Source: Salpingoeca rosetta (taxonomy: Eukaryota > Protista > Choanoflagellata). Taken from it: a stretch of DNA of 64,000 nucleotides. The notes beneath the pieces are model-generated. The model ran no database searches, was not told the origin of the DNA, and saw nothing but the letters and a program-made list of their open reading frames with translations. The position numbers and the translations under genes are program-made. Location of the stretch: NCBI GenBank assembly GCA_033442325.1, contig JAWQFM010000027.1, positions 217,647 to 281,646 on the forward strand, read 5' to 3'. Positions 1 through 13,062 of this stretch are shown here, piece by piece. Numbering within the stretch: the stretch's first letter is position 1; each line of letters opens with the position of its first letter.

Positions 1-1121
1 GAGGATGATCAAGCGGGTGGCTGCGGGTGCGTTTGGCGTTGTGTTCAAGGCAGAGTGGGACACAGTCACAGTGGCAGTGAAGGTGTTGCAGCAAGCCGTC
101 ATGGCATTTGACGAGAGCACGGTGTTGGAGTTTGAGAAGGAGGTGGAGTTCCTGCAGCGAACACGGCACCCACACGTGGTGCGGTTCTTTGGTGCGGGCA
201 CAGACCCCAACGGCAGCCCGTTCCTGGTGCTGGAGTTTGTGGCGAGGGGGTCACTCAAGGACCTGTTGAGGAAGGACATGGAACAGGTGTTGAAGAACGC
301 GAGGAACGAGAGCGCTGATAGCGGTACAGATGCAAGCGTGATTGCAGAGGATTTTGGTGAGGAGTTGACGTTGGTGAGCACAGGAAGCGACAAACGAGAT
401 GAGACGATGACTGCATGGAATTTAAAGCTGCGACTGCTGCGTGATGTTGCCAGGGGCATGGCCTTTATCCACAGCCTCGACCAGATGCACCGGTGCGTGG
501 GATTGGTGTGCGTGCGTGCGTGTGCGTCTGTGTCTGTGTGTGTCTGAGTGTGTGTGTGTGTGTGTGTCTGTGTCTGTGTGTGCGTGCTCGTGTGTGTGTG
601 TGTGTGTGCTGCATGCAAGCAAGTGTTTGTTGCTCACGGTCTAGTACCCCACTCTCACCCCACAACCACTGTCACACTCAACAACAACAGAGACCTGAAG
701 AGCGGCAACGTGCTGGTATCTGCTAACTTGCGCGCCAAGATCACGGATTTCGGATCCATTCGCCAGTGCTTCACACGAGACAGGAACCAGCACCAGCAGC
801 GCACTCGTCTGTCGTCCAGCCATAATGATGATCCCCAGTACAGCCAGCAAGCTGGGCTGCAGACGATGACGAGCATGACGCTGACGGCTGGCGTGGGCAC
901 GCCGCTGTACATGGCACCAGAGGCACTGACGGGCGACAAGTACAGCTTTGAGGCTGACATCTTCAGCTTTGGTGTGCTGATGTGGGAGGTGGCGACGCAG
1001 CGTGTGCCGGACCTGATTGCACAGGAGAAGGGGAGCGGGTATCGGGGACCAATTCTCGCCACCATCAGCAACTTGATGGCAGATGGGAAGCGGCTCAAGT
1101 TTGACGACAGCGAACAGGATG
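1..1121 (+). CDS. Tyrosine-kinase-like (TKL) protein kinase, partial: 5' end lies outside the window and no terminal exon was found
   Basis: Exons <1-492 and 691-1121 join in frame (CG|A) to give HRDLKSGN. Other motifs: AAGAFGVV Gly-loop, [28 protein letters not shown] donor gtgagt follows at 1122, but no subdomain XI exon is visible. Confidence 0.9.
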
Positions 1122-1234
1122 GTGAGTTATGTGTGATGTGAGAGAGTGTGTGTGCAGGTGTGTGTGTGTGCTTGTGTGTGTTTTTGCTGTTTGCTTGGGT
1201 TGTTTACTTGCGCGTCCTCTCTCCTCCTCATCTC

Positions 1235-1270
<36 letters not shown>

Positions 1271-1421
1271 CACTTGTACATACACACACACACACACGCA
1301 CACGCACACACACACGCGCACACACACACACGCACACACACACACGCACACACACACACACACGCACACACACACACGCACACACACACACGCACACACA
1401 CACGCATATATGCTTGCTTAC

Positions 1422-2226
1422 ACTGTCGTTGCAAATGTCCGTGCGGGCGCCACTGTCCACCAGGAATTGGATGAGGGGAAGATTGTTCTGCTGAGTCGCA
1501 ATATGCAGCGGTGTGTTCCCCTGCAGCAACGGCCATCGCGTATGCGTGTATGCGTGAATGTGTGTGTATGTGCGGGAGTGCGAGAGAGTGTGTATGTGCA
1601 TGCCGGAGCACGCGCACACCAGAAATAACAACCCATGAACATGCCGCATCCACTCTCAAATCACCACCACCAAAGATAAGAGAGTGTGACTGCACCTCTG
1701 CATCCAGGGCGTTGATGTCAGCACCGTGGTCAACGAGCGCTTTCACGACAGCAAGTGATCCGTGCTTGCAGGCAACGTGAATTGGCGCACTCCCCTGGCC
1801 ATCATGCAAGATGAGTGAGTGAGTGAGTGAGTGAGTGAGTAAGAGAGAGTGTGTGTGAGTGTGTGTGTGTGTGTGAGCGATTGAGTGAGCGTCAAGGTGT
1901 ATGTGTGTGTGTGTGTCAGTCACGAACACCAAGCCACTCAAGGACATTCTGTTTCACATACGCCAATAACAACAAGCGTGCGCACACAACACCCCTGTCA
2001 TTCAAGGTCACCTGGTCATTCTTTGTGTCGGGCCCGGTGTTGTTGTCTAAAAGGGCGAGCGCAGCATCCAAGTCGTTCTCAACACACGATCGGTGCAGCA
2101 GCTGATGCACACACACACATGTGACAGGTGTACAATACACACACGCATGCATGCAACGAGATAGAAGAGTGTGGGTGTGAGTCAAAGTAATATCTTGTAA
2201 ATCAGCACATGAATAATGACGACAAC

Positions 2227-2261
<35 letters not shown>

Positions 2262-2544
2262 ACGACAACAACAACAACAACAACAACAACACCACCACCA
2301 ACAACACCACCAACAACACCACCATCACCCCACGACCACCACTAGTAACAGCATCACCGCACCCTGCTCGCTGCGGCTGCTCGGACCATCTTGATGATCT
2401 GCTCGTCTCCGCCGGCCACCGCCTCTTCAACCGCCGTCCGGCCCTGTTGATGGAGTGCGGGTGGTGGCGTGGTGATGGAGTGCGGATGGTGGCGTGGTGA
2501 CTTGGCAGGCGACGGGGCGTTCAAGTAGACAGACAGATAGACAG

Positions 2545-2638
<94 letters not shown>

Positions 2639-3192
2639 TCACAGAGTTGTCTGGGATGGTTGGGTCTGCGCCAAACGCGAGGAGAACGAGGACGGGGAGA
2701 ACGCGCTTGTAGTGCACTGCAACCATCAGCGGGGTTTGGCCCTGAGGGAAGGAGTCATAGTTATGATGGTGGTGGTGGTGGTGGTGAGACTGTCGTTGTG
2801 CTGGTGGTGTGAAGGGGTCGTGGGGGACAAACAAGTTCAGCAATACAAACAAAGGAGGGCATGGGGAGAAAAGAAAATGACCAAAACGCTGCTGTCTCCC
2901 TTCCATGACATACACACCCCGTGAACCCAGCATCGTGACACTGCGCCACCACCATCATCACATGCTCCCCTCACATCATCGGCCCTGTGGTTGACGTTTG
3001 CTCCCCTCTGCAGCAGAAAACCGCGCCATTGCCTCGTGGTTGTTCGCGACAGCATAATATATCGCCGTCCACCCTTTGCTGTTGGCGTGCCGGGGCAAAT
3101 GTGGATGGGGAGTGCCGTACATGTGTGCGTGTGTGTGCGTATATGTGTGCGTTGTCCGTGTGTGTGTGTAAATGAAGGAAGAAGAAAACACA

Positions 3193-3230
<38 letters not shown>

Positions 3231-4863
3231 TNNNNNNNNNNNNNNNNNNNNNNNNNNNNNNNNNNNNNNNNNNNNNNNNNNNNNNNNNNNNNNNNNNNNN
3301 NNNNNNNNNNNNNNNNNNNNNNNNNNNNNNNNNNNNNNNNNNNNNNNNNNNNNNNNNNNNNNNNNNNNNNNNNNNNNNNNNNNNNNNNNNNNNNNNNNNN
3401 NNNNNNNNNNNNNNNNNNNNNNNNNNNNNNNNNNNNNNNNNNNNNNNNNNNNNNNNNNNNNNNNNNNNNNNNNNNNNNNNNNNNNNNNNNNNNNNNNNNN
3501 NNNNNNNNNNNNNNNNNNNNNNNNNNNNNNNNNNNNNNNNNNNNNNNNNNNNNNNNNNNNNNNNNNNNNNNNNNNNNNNNNNNNNNNNNNNNNNNNNNNN
3601 NNNNNNNNNNNNNNNNNNNNNNNNNNNNNNNNNNNNNNNNNNNNNNNNNNNNNNNNNNNNNNNNNNNNNNNNNNNNNNNNNNNNNNNNNNNNNNNNNNNN
3701 NNNNNNNNNNNNNNNNNNNNNNNNNNNNNNNNNNNNNNNNNNNNNNNNNNNNNNNNNNNNNNNNNNNNNNNNNNNNNNNNNNNNNNNNNNNNNNNNNNNN
3801 NNNNNNNNNNNNNNNNCATCCCCCCCCCCCAAATCCCATCAGCACGAGTGCAGGCTCACGTATTTGTCTGTTGCGTGGACGTCACCGCCGTGATCAAGAA
3901 GGGCCTGGACCACATCCAGCCGACCTTGCTCGCAGGCAGAGAACAGCGGCGTGCGGCCCTGATGCTGCAGCTGTGGATGGGGGGCCACATCCTGGTGGCG
4001 GTGATGTGATGTAGGGAATGTGTGAATGGTCGGGTTGGTATATCTTGTCATGGGACGCGTTGACAACTTCTCTCAAGGCCGTTACAATGACAGTGACACA
4101 GACAGACAGACACACACACACACACAGACAGACAGACAGACAGACACATACACACACAGACACACAGACACACAGACACACAGACACACAGACACAGACA
4201 CACACACACACACAACGACACGGCTGCACCTTGAGTGCTGCGTGGTTGACGTCGGCGCCGTGTTCCAGCAGAATCTTCACAATGGACGCAAACCCGCGGT
4301 GGCTTGCATAGTGCAGCGGTGTGAAGCCCTGTGCCACGTGTAGGCAGACAGGTCGCGTTCGCACGCGCGTGTGAGGAAGCACGTACACAGTATGCAGTGG
4401 TTGCGTGAGCGCATCTGCTTCTGCGAACAGACAGACACCTGGTCCCAACAGCATGCATGAAGCGCACTACCAGCACCAGCAAGCAACACCAGTACCAATA
4501 TCGTCACCACTGCCACCATGACCACTGTCTTACGTATCCGTCTGTGTTATCGACGCCAGCGCCGTGCTCCAGCAGCAGCCGCACCACGCGGTCCTGGCCC
4601 TCGCCGATGGACAGGTGCAGCGGTGTCCACCCCTGCGCACGCGATCGAGATGAGACAGGCCAGTGATGAGCGTGCGTGAGAGTGTGTGTAGGTGAGAGAG
4701 AGGCAAAGACGCACAGGTACACCGTGAAGGGGCAACGAAGGAGAGAAGATCAAACATAACAAACAGCTTGACATCGGCAAGCACAAGGACGGCTCTGGAA
4801 GCAGGACACACAGTATCACACGGACAGAAGGACCTGTACATACAGTTTCTCTCACTCTCACTG

Positions 4864-4908
<45 letters not shown>

Positions 4909-5503
4909 GAACACAGACACAGACACACACACACACACACATACACACCCAGACAACCTCACCCACTCCCCTTGCCCCCACCCCCACACACAACACGTAC
5001 GCCGTGCTCGACCGGTGGTGCGTGATCGGACGGCGTGGGGACATGGTCCTTAAACTCGGACAGCTTGGCCATCTTGTTGACATTGGCACCATTCTCCAGC
5101 AGCACGCGCACGATGGCCTCGTGCCCACGGCCGCTCGCTGCATGAAGCGGCGTCACGCCCTGCTCAAATCAAGGGCAGTGACACGCAGTGTGACATTTTG
5201 CACCATGTGCGCCTCGCACGCCACTGATCCCGCCTCACACAACACCACAACACCGCAGCACCACTAACACCAGGCCCATCTCCCTCTCCACCACACCATC
5301 ACCACTCACGCAAAGTATACCCACGCTCACAAGCACGAGCACAGCCATTCCAACAGATGCAACATTGGCTGTGATGTGCAACGTTACATTACATGACACT
5401 CACTGACCATGCCCGTGTCAAAGTTCACATCGCATCCGTGCTGCAGCAAGAGCTGGACGATCCCGAGCTCGTTCTCCACACACGCGTTGTACAGCGCAGC
5501 CAT
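1422..5503 (-). CDS. Ankyrin-repeat protein (about 10 repeats; spans an N gap; 3' end unresolved; could be two tandem genes split near 2354)
   Basis: Exons 5503-5408, 5159-5001, 4632-4534, 4328-4230, 3958-3860, 3073-2975, 2741-2643, 2443-2363, 2101-2012, 1794-1696, 1520-1422. Most encode a G-x-T-P-L-H...LL-x-x-GA-D-V-N unit, e.g. [28 protein letters not shown] and [28 protein letters not shown]. Confidence 0.9.
3232..3816. other. Assembly gap (585 N)
   Basis: Run of N inside an ankyrin-gene intron region; it may hide further repeat exons. Confidence 1.
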
Positions 5504-5850
5504 CGATCCTGTGCCTATAGTGACGTGTACCAACGACACGCACTGGCTCGAAGCCTTCCAGACCTTCCGTTGCCGACACTGAGCAGGTGCTGGCTCGTGA
5601 CTGTTGTTGTTGTTGTGTCGGCCTGCCACAACAACCACAGCCGTGTGAAAGTTTTGAATTATCACATGTGATTCGATGCAGCATTAACACCATCCCCGTG
5701 CTCGCAACACTGTGCGCTCGCAGCACGACCACCACGAACAGCACAAGCGAGCAAGCAAGAAGCAAGCAAGCAAGAAAAGCAAGCAAACAAAGAAACAAGG
5801 AACCAGACCACAGGCGACACACCAGCTGGACCAACACACTGACAACCACG
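5504..5850. promoter_or_regulatory. Putative bidirectional promoter/5' UTR region between the ankyrin gene and the receptor kinase
   Basis: Divergent ATGs at 5503 (-) and 5851 (+), 347 bp apart. Positional inference only. Confidence 0.45.
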
Positions 5851-7636
5851 ATGAAGGTGTCCTTGGTTGCGTTGGTGGTACTGCTTGTGGTGGTGGCAAC
5901 TGGTGTTCTTCCCCCATGTGGTTGTGTGGCCACAAGCGACAGTGAGTGGCGAGATGGCAATCACAGCAGCAACAACAACAACGGCAACAACAACAATTAC
6001 ACCAGCAACAACAACTACAATAACAACAACGCACAGGCTTTGGCGCCAGATCCACTGATCGGCGGGTTCCCTGTCCGCAGCAGTAGCAGCAGCCGCATCA
6101 AACGGAGCGACATCATCCACAACGACAACAGCAACGACATCATCCACAACGACAACAGCAACGACATCATCAACAGCAACGATGACGAGGAAGGCGACGA
6201 GGGTGCGCCCGTGTCTGGGCCCGTGCTCAAGAACCGGTTCTCGCCCGTGGAGGTCCCAAGTCTGCAGTACACGCCAGTGCTCTACCACACGACAGAGGTG
6301 GTCACCTTCCAGCACCAAGAGGATCTGCAAGGCACGACGGTGGCCAACCTCACCCGCCTCATCCAGCTCGGCGGCACCAAGTGGGACAGCGTGCCGGGCA
6401 ACATTGGGGTGAACCAGATCCAGATCCATTCCGTGGAGACGTGGCGCCGGTGCCGGGACCTTACGCCTGATGTGTCGCCGTCTGGCTTCACGCTGCACAC
6501 CTCTGTGCAGTTTGCTGATCACGAGGGCATCTTCATCTACGGCGGGCTCACCCCCACCGGAGAGGGTCCCAACAAGTTTGAGAACATGCAGGAGCTGTTC
6601 TTGGTCAACATCTACGCCAACTTTGCCAAGCGCATCTTCGAGTGCCACTGGGAGCCCGTGCAGACACAGAACCCGCCCCAGCCGCGCCACGGACACGCCA
6701 TGGTGAAGCTGAACGAGTTCCAGTTTATCATTCACGGCGGGTGCGGCGACCACAAGATCCAGGACGACCCGACGGCGCGTGTTCGCTTCTTCTTCATCTG
6801 CATCGATCCCCTGCGCGACATGCACTTGTTTGATATTCGTACGCGCATGTGGACGCGGCTTGAGGTGCAGGGCGCACCGCAGCTCGTGTATCACCACATG
6901 AGCTTGCTTACCGCAGACAGGCAGCTGATTCTCTTTGGCGGGTACACGGAGGAGCAAGTGGTCAACACAGACATGCTCGCGGCAACAGTCCCACGTGGCG
7001 ATGTGACCGAAGGCACGGCGCTTGTGTTTGAGCACGTGCAAGTGTCACCGGTGCCGCAAGCATACACGCGCGGCGCCATTGACGCTGTTGCCGACGACAC
7101 CATCCACTACTTCCTGACTCCGAGCCCGGGCAGCCACTTTGACAAAGGCAGAAAGGTGCGCTGTTGCGTGTGTATGACAGAGAATGTATGTGTGCAATTG
7201 TGCGTGTTTGTCGATGGGTGTGCGTGTGTGAGTGAGTGTGTGAGTGCGTGTGTGTGTGCGTGCTTGTTGATGGGTGTGTGTACGTGCGTGTGTGAGTGCG
7301 TGTGTGTGTGTGCGTGCTTGTCCATGGGTGTGTGTGTGTTGTTTTCACGTCCATGTAACATTAAGCTCACCAATCACACATTTCACAACCACCACCACAG
7401 CTGATATCACTGCAGGGCCAGTTTGTCCCCGGCACCGATCACCAGCAGTTTGTGTGGCGCTTGGCAAACGTCTTCCCCAGCGCTGACCACCCGTGGTCGG
7501 CAGGGTACGCCGCACCCGTGTTCTTTTGGGTGGGAGAGGATGTGTGCGTGCGTGCGTGAGTGTATGCGTGTGCGTGTGCGTGCATCAATGTGTCAGTTGT
7601 CAAGTGCTTGGCCTTTGTTGATGTACATGCTTTCAC

Positions 7637-7680
<44 letters not shown>

Positions 7681-10600
7681 CTCTCTCTCTCTCTCTTCCT
7701 CCCAACAGAGAGACGCTCCGCAGCTTTGCGCTCGGCGGCGGGTTTGCGTTTGCGGAGGTGCACAACGGGCGCGGTGTGCTGTCCGGCGTGTTCCTCAACG
7801 ACGCGACGGGGGACCTTGCTCCTGTGTGGGAAGTGTTTGACTTCAACAACCGCGTCATGTCCTTCAGCGTCCTCCAGGCGTTTACGCAACCCTCACACAG
7901 GTTCAAGCATGTGCCTACGTGTCAACATGCATGTCTGCGTTGCGATATTGTGCATCCCACCACCCCACTATTTTCTCTCCCTCCCTTTCACTCTCTCCCT
8001 TTCACTCCTCTCCCCAACCCTCACATGATCGCTCCCTTCACACCACCACGACCACCACCACGACCACCACGACCACCACCACCACCACCACCACCACCAC
8101 CACCACCATGGTAGATCGTATGCGGAGGTGGTGCAGCTGGACGATTCGCATTTCCTGCTCGCTGGCGGCGCGTCCCCTGGTCCCGACGACACGGCCTGGC
8201 TGCTCATTCCAGACAAACTCGACATACGCAAGCTGGGCGACATGCCCACGTTCGTCACGCGCCCCAACCCGCGAAACGCCGTGTTTGCGCGTTTCGGGTT
8301 CTGTCTCGTGAATGTTCCTGAGAGCGATGACGTGTTGATTGCCGGCGGCACGACGTCCAACCAGTACCCGGCCCTCGACGACTACTTCTTCCATGTGTAA
8401 GCTGCACCACTAGGATGTGGTGGCGATGTGTGTGTGGTTACATGTGCGTGCGTGCGTGCGTGCGTGTGTGTGCGTATGCGTGCGTGCGTGTGTGTGCGTA
8501 TGCGTGCGTGCGTGTGTGTGCGTGCGTGCGTGTGTGCGCTTGCGGTTGTTTGCATAACGTGCACTGAGCGTTGCGCTTGCACTGCATTGTCTCCACGCCT
8601 TTCCCATAACTCCCCTCTCCCCACCTCTCACCTCTCCCCACATCCTCCCTCCGCCCACCACCTACCTCCCTCCGCAACTACAGGAGCTCTGCCAATGTGA
8701 CGAGCCCCCTGGACGACAACCCGACGTACGCGTCGCTGCACATGTACGGCCACCGCTGCTTCAGGCGTGGCTCCACCGTCATTGCCGTTGGCGGTATCCC
8801 GACTGGTGGTGCGAACGTCCCCGTCCTCGCCATGCCCCTGCTGCACTTCTGGACACCCCAGCAGGGGTGGGTTGGCTGCAATGTGCCCTCTGCAACGCAC
8901 CAGCCGACGCTGGCGGCGATGGAGATGTTGCGCACACACAGCGACGGCAGAGAGGAAGTGGTCATCTTTGGCGGGTACAATGGCCGCGACAGTGCGCCGC
9001 AGGGCACGCACGACATGTTTGCGGTCGGCTGCCGCGTGCCGTGGGAGGCGTGCACGTGCGATGACGTCACCTTCCGGCAGATTGTTCCGGACCCGGAGAA
9101 GCTCATCCGAAACATCACCGTGCGGACGCTGCAGACGCTGGACGAGGACGCGTGGCCGGCGCCGCGATCCAGCGCGTGCAGTGCACAGGTGGGGGCGTCA
9201 CGGCTCGTCATGCACGGCGGGCACATTGACGGCCGCCCTTGGCAGTCGACGTGGATGCTGGAGATGAACGAGGGCGAGCCAACGTGGTCTGAGATTGGCG
9301 ATGACAACCGCGTGCCCACGCTGCGCCCTGACGCAACATATGGCGCGGCGTGCTTTGCACACAAGGGCGCGTTTGTTGCTGTTGGCGGTGCCGGTAATGG
9401 GCGGCTGACAGACAGCATCCACGTGATGCGCCCCAGCTGCAACGCAGGGTGGGGCGTGGCGTCGTCGTTTCTCAACGAAACGTGCGCGCGGTGTGACGAG
9501 TACTCCTTCCGAGCAGACCTGACGCAAGAAACGTGTACGCCCTGTCCTGTTGGCACGCGGCGGCAGAACGCAACAACTACGTTGGGCCTGAGCTCCACGT
9601 CATGCCAGATGTGCGTGCCCGGGTATTGCGTGCATGCAACGCATCAGCAGATTGAGTTTGTCGAGAACAAGGCGCGCTGCCGCTGCCACTGTCGCTCGTT
9701 CTTCTACGGCGACAGGTGCAACAACGTCAGCACCCAGCGCGTGCTGCTCGTCACGCTGCTGCCACTGCTGCTGCTGGTCGCACTGCTGACGTCGGGGCGC
9801 GTGTACCGGTACTTCACGCGTCTGCGCACCACCTCCGCCCTGCAGCAGCGGCTGCTGAGTGAGAAGGACGATGAACTGCTTGAGCTGCACGCGTCGTGGG
9901 AGGTGAGCCCGGACGACCTCGTGTATCACCATCGACTCGGCGAGGGCGGGTTTGGCGAGGTGTGGCTGGCAACGTGGCTGGTGCGCGACGAGCGCGTTGC
10001 TGTGAAGAAGCTACACACGAACTTGCTGGACGAGGAGACCATGCACGCCTTTGAGGGCGAGATTCGCTTCATGAAGACCCTCAGGCACCGGTCAGTCTTG
10101 TTGTTGCGTTGTTGCGTTGTTGCGTTGTTACGTTGTTGTGTTGGTGTGTTGCGTTGTGTTGTGTTGTGTTGCGTTGCGTTGTGTTGTGTTTGTGTTGTGT
10201 TGTGTTGTAGGCCGTGCTGCGTAATGCTGTGCTGCTTGTGTGTTGTGTGTGTCTGCGTGTGAGTGTGACTCGCTGTTGCTTGCGCGCTCGTTTGTCTCCT
10301 CTCTCCAAGTTCAAACCACACCAGCTCACTTGCGCCAATTCTTTCGTTTTGTCTCGACCACCACCACCACCCCACCACCACCACGTCCAGCAACGTCGTG
10401 TTCTTCCTCGGCGCGTATGTTGGCGGGTCGGAGTCGTTGATTGTGATGGAATACGTGCAGCGCGGCTCACTCCACGACCACATCCACAACACCAGCAGCA
10501 GCAGTGGCACCAGCGGCAGTGGCAGCGCCATCACCCAGCGGCGGCGTGTTGCGTTTATGCGGGACACGGCGTGTGGCATGGAGTACCTGCACGGGCTCAA

Positions 10601-11744
10601 CCCGCCGCGCATCCACCGGGACTTGAAGAGTATGAACCTGCTGGTGACGGACAACTGGGTGGTGAAGGTGGCTGATTTCACCACGGCGAAGAAGCTGCTG
10701 TGCAAGACAAACAGTGCACAGGACACACGCCGCAACAGGCGCAGAGGTGCCAACCCAAGCACCAGCACCAGCACTGGTGGTGATGATGATAATGGCAGCA
10801 GTAACGGTGGTGGTGGCGGTGTTGGGTGGCGGTTGAAGCGTCGTTTCACAAGCAGTGTTGCTGATGTTGCTGATGCTGGTGGTGATGGTGATGGTGGTGC
10901 TGGTGACGGCGATGATGGGAGTGGCGCAGACAGCAGCGCCAGCACCACGCCCAACAACACGGGCAGCGTGTTCAGCAGCAACAACAGCACTACCACCAAC
11001 AGCAACAGCAGCAACAACAACACCAACCAGGCGCCTGGTGCGCAAATGCCCGACGCAAATGCGCGCGTGTATGTGAACACGACGAGCACATATGGAACAC
11101 TGCACTGGTCGGCGCCAGAAGTGCTGGCGGGACAGCCCTACTCGCTCGCTGTGGACGTGTACAGCTTTGGGCTGGTCATGTGGGAGACGCTTGCACGCGA
11201 CGTGCCGTATGCAGAGTACAGATTCTTTGGGCAGTTGCGCGATGCTGTTGTGGACAGGAGGGAGCGGCCTGCCTGTCCACCTTCTTTATTGGAAAGGGGG
11301 CGTGGTGACGACGGTGTTGATGAGGAGCGTGCGAGGGCGGTTGATGACGCATACGTGTCGCTGATGCAGCGTTGCTGGGTGCACGAGCCGACACAACGAC
11401 CAACGTTCACGCAAGTGTCACAGGAGCTGCAGGCGATGGTGCAGCAGCTGGGCGGGGAGCGCCACACCAACAGCCACACTCATCACAGTGGCAACAGAAA
11501 TGGTGGTGGTGGTTGTGGTGGTGGTGTGAGTAGCAAGCGTCAAAGCGGGCCGTTTGGGCCCATGTTCCATGGCAGCAGCAGACGGGCGAAGCGCAAGGAT
11601 GGCGGTGATGGTGGTAATGGCGGCGGTCATGGAGATGGTGGTGGTTACGGCGGTGGTCGTGGGGATGGTGGTCGTGGTCGTGGTGAAGTGCTGGTGGATT
11701 TGCGGGACGATCAAACGGTCACAGCCCGCTCAACAGAGCTGTGA
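5851..11744 (+). CDS. Single-pass receptor TKL kinase: signal peptide, Kelch repeats, Cys-rich (ephrin-receptor-like) module, EGF-like module, TM helix, kinase domain
   Basis: Exons 5851-7155, 7401-7504, 7709-7900, 8115-8396, 8684-10090, 10391-11744 are phase-consistent. Signal peptide [18 protein letters not shown]; at least 9 Kelch-like GG motifs (IFIYGG, PRHGHAM..IIHGG, LILFGG, VVIFGG, LVMHGG); [17 protein letters not shown]; [14 protein letters not shown]; [18 protein letters not shown]; [38 protein letters not shown]. Confidence 0.92.
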
Positions 11745-12275
11745 CACACACCCACACACACATGTACTTGTTCTTGTTCTTGTGATTGTTTCAGAAAGAG
11801 GCCAGCTTCCTGTGGTGTCGTGTGTGTATCATGTATCATGTAATTATTGCTTGGAAGGGCACGTGGATTTCAGGCAGCAAGCACGGACACTCGTATTATC
11901 TCCGCCGCATTCCTTGATTTACGAGTTGTGTCGCGTGTTGTTCACTCGTGTGTGCAGTGATGATTTCGGGGTTGAGAGGAGTGCAGTGATGTGATGTGAT
12001 GTGACGTGACGTGGGAATTTAGGTGGTGCCGTGGCCGTGTGCTTTCAGCTCGTTGCGTTCGATTGTGTTATTGGTGAACACTGACGTGACGCACACGCAT
12101 TCGTACCCATACATACGTACATACACGCGGATAGGATGAGCATAACTTGTCGTGATCTGGTGTTGCGTGAGACACCTGGGGACGGTGAACCGGGGGAAGA
12201 AGGGGAGAAGGGAAGGGGAGGTGGTGATGGAGGGAAGAGAAGAGCAGCCACGCACGTGTGCGACACCCGGCACAG

Positions 12276-12279
<4 letters not shown>

Positions 12280-12366
<87 letters not shown>
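12280..12366. repeat. (GA)n microsatellite, about 43 units
   Basis: Pure GA run downstream of the 12422 stop codon, between convergent genes. Confidence 0.95.
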
Positions 12367-12369
<3 letters not shown>

Positions 12370-12421
12370 ACACACGAAAACAGACGCACATGTACAGACA
12401 CACACCCACACACGTGTTTAT

Positions 12422-12693
12422 TCAGCTTGACACGACGGAGAGGAGCCAGTCCCAGGCGCGGCGGGCTGTTGCTGGCGTCTTCTTCACGATATCCGAGGCC
12501 TGCGCACATTTGAGGTGGTGGGTGGATTGGTGCATGTGATTGGTTGGTTGGTGAGTTGGTTGGTTGGTGGGTCGGTTGGGGGGAGAGGAGAAAGTGGGGG
12601 ATGCAGGTGAGAGAAGAGAACTCGTGGGGAGGAAGGCCGTACCATCATTCTGGAAGCAACCAAGCATAAGCCTCACTCATGTGGGCGTAACGG

Positions 12694-12737
<44 letters not shown>

Positions 12738-12964
12738 GACAGACACAACCACCCACCTTGTCCACAGTCCGCCTGCTGAGGAGGACATCATACGCTCTGC
12801 CAAAGCTCTGTGCTTGCTGCTCTGCACCCCGTTTCACGCGTTCAACCACATCTGCACGTACACATGTATGGGTGAGGAAGCGAAAGTGAAGCCATCGTGA
12901 TGTGCAATGTATGCCCCGGCGACGTAAAAAACGGGTGTTAAGGCAGACAGACAGACAGACAGAC

Positions 12965-13062
<98 letters not shown>

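Noticed and set aside
1464-1545. Plus-strand peptide [12 protein letters not shown] resembling kinase subdomain XI
   Set aside because: It is antisense to an ankyrin exon, lacks the conserved Trp and spacing, and the nearest acceptor (1463) is in the wrong phase for the kinase donor.
5587-5850. Upstream extension of the 605-aa ORF
   Set aside because: It has a non-ATG start and UTR-like sequence; the ATG at 5851 begins a clear signal peptide.
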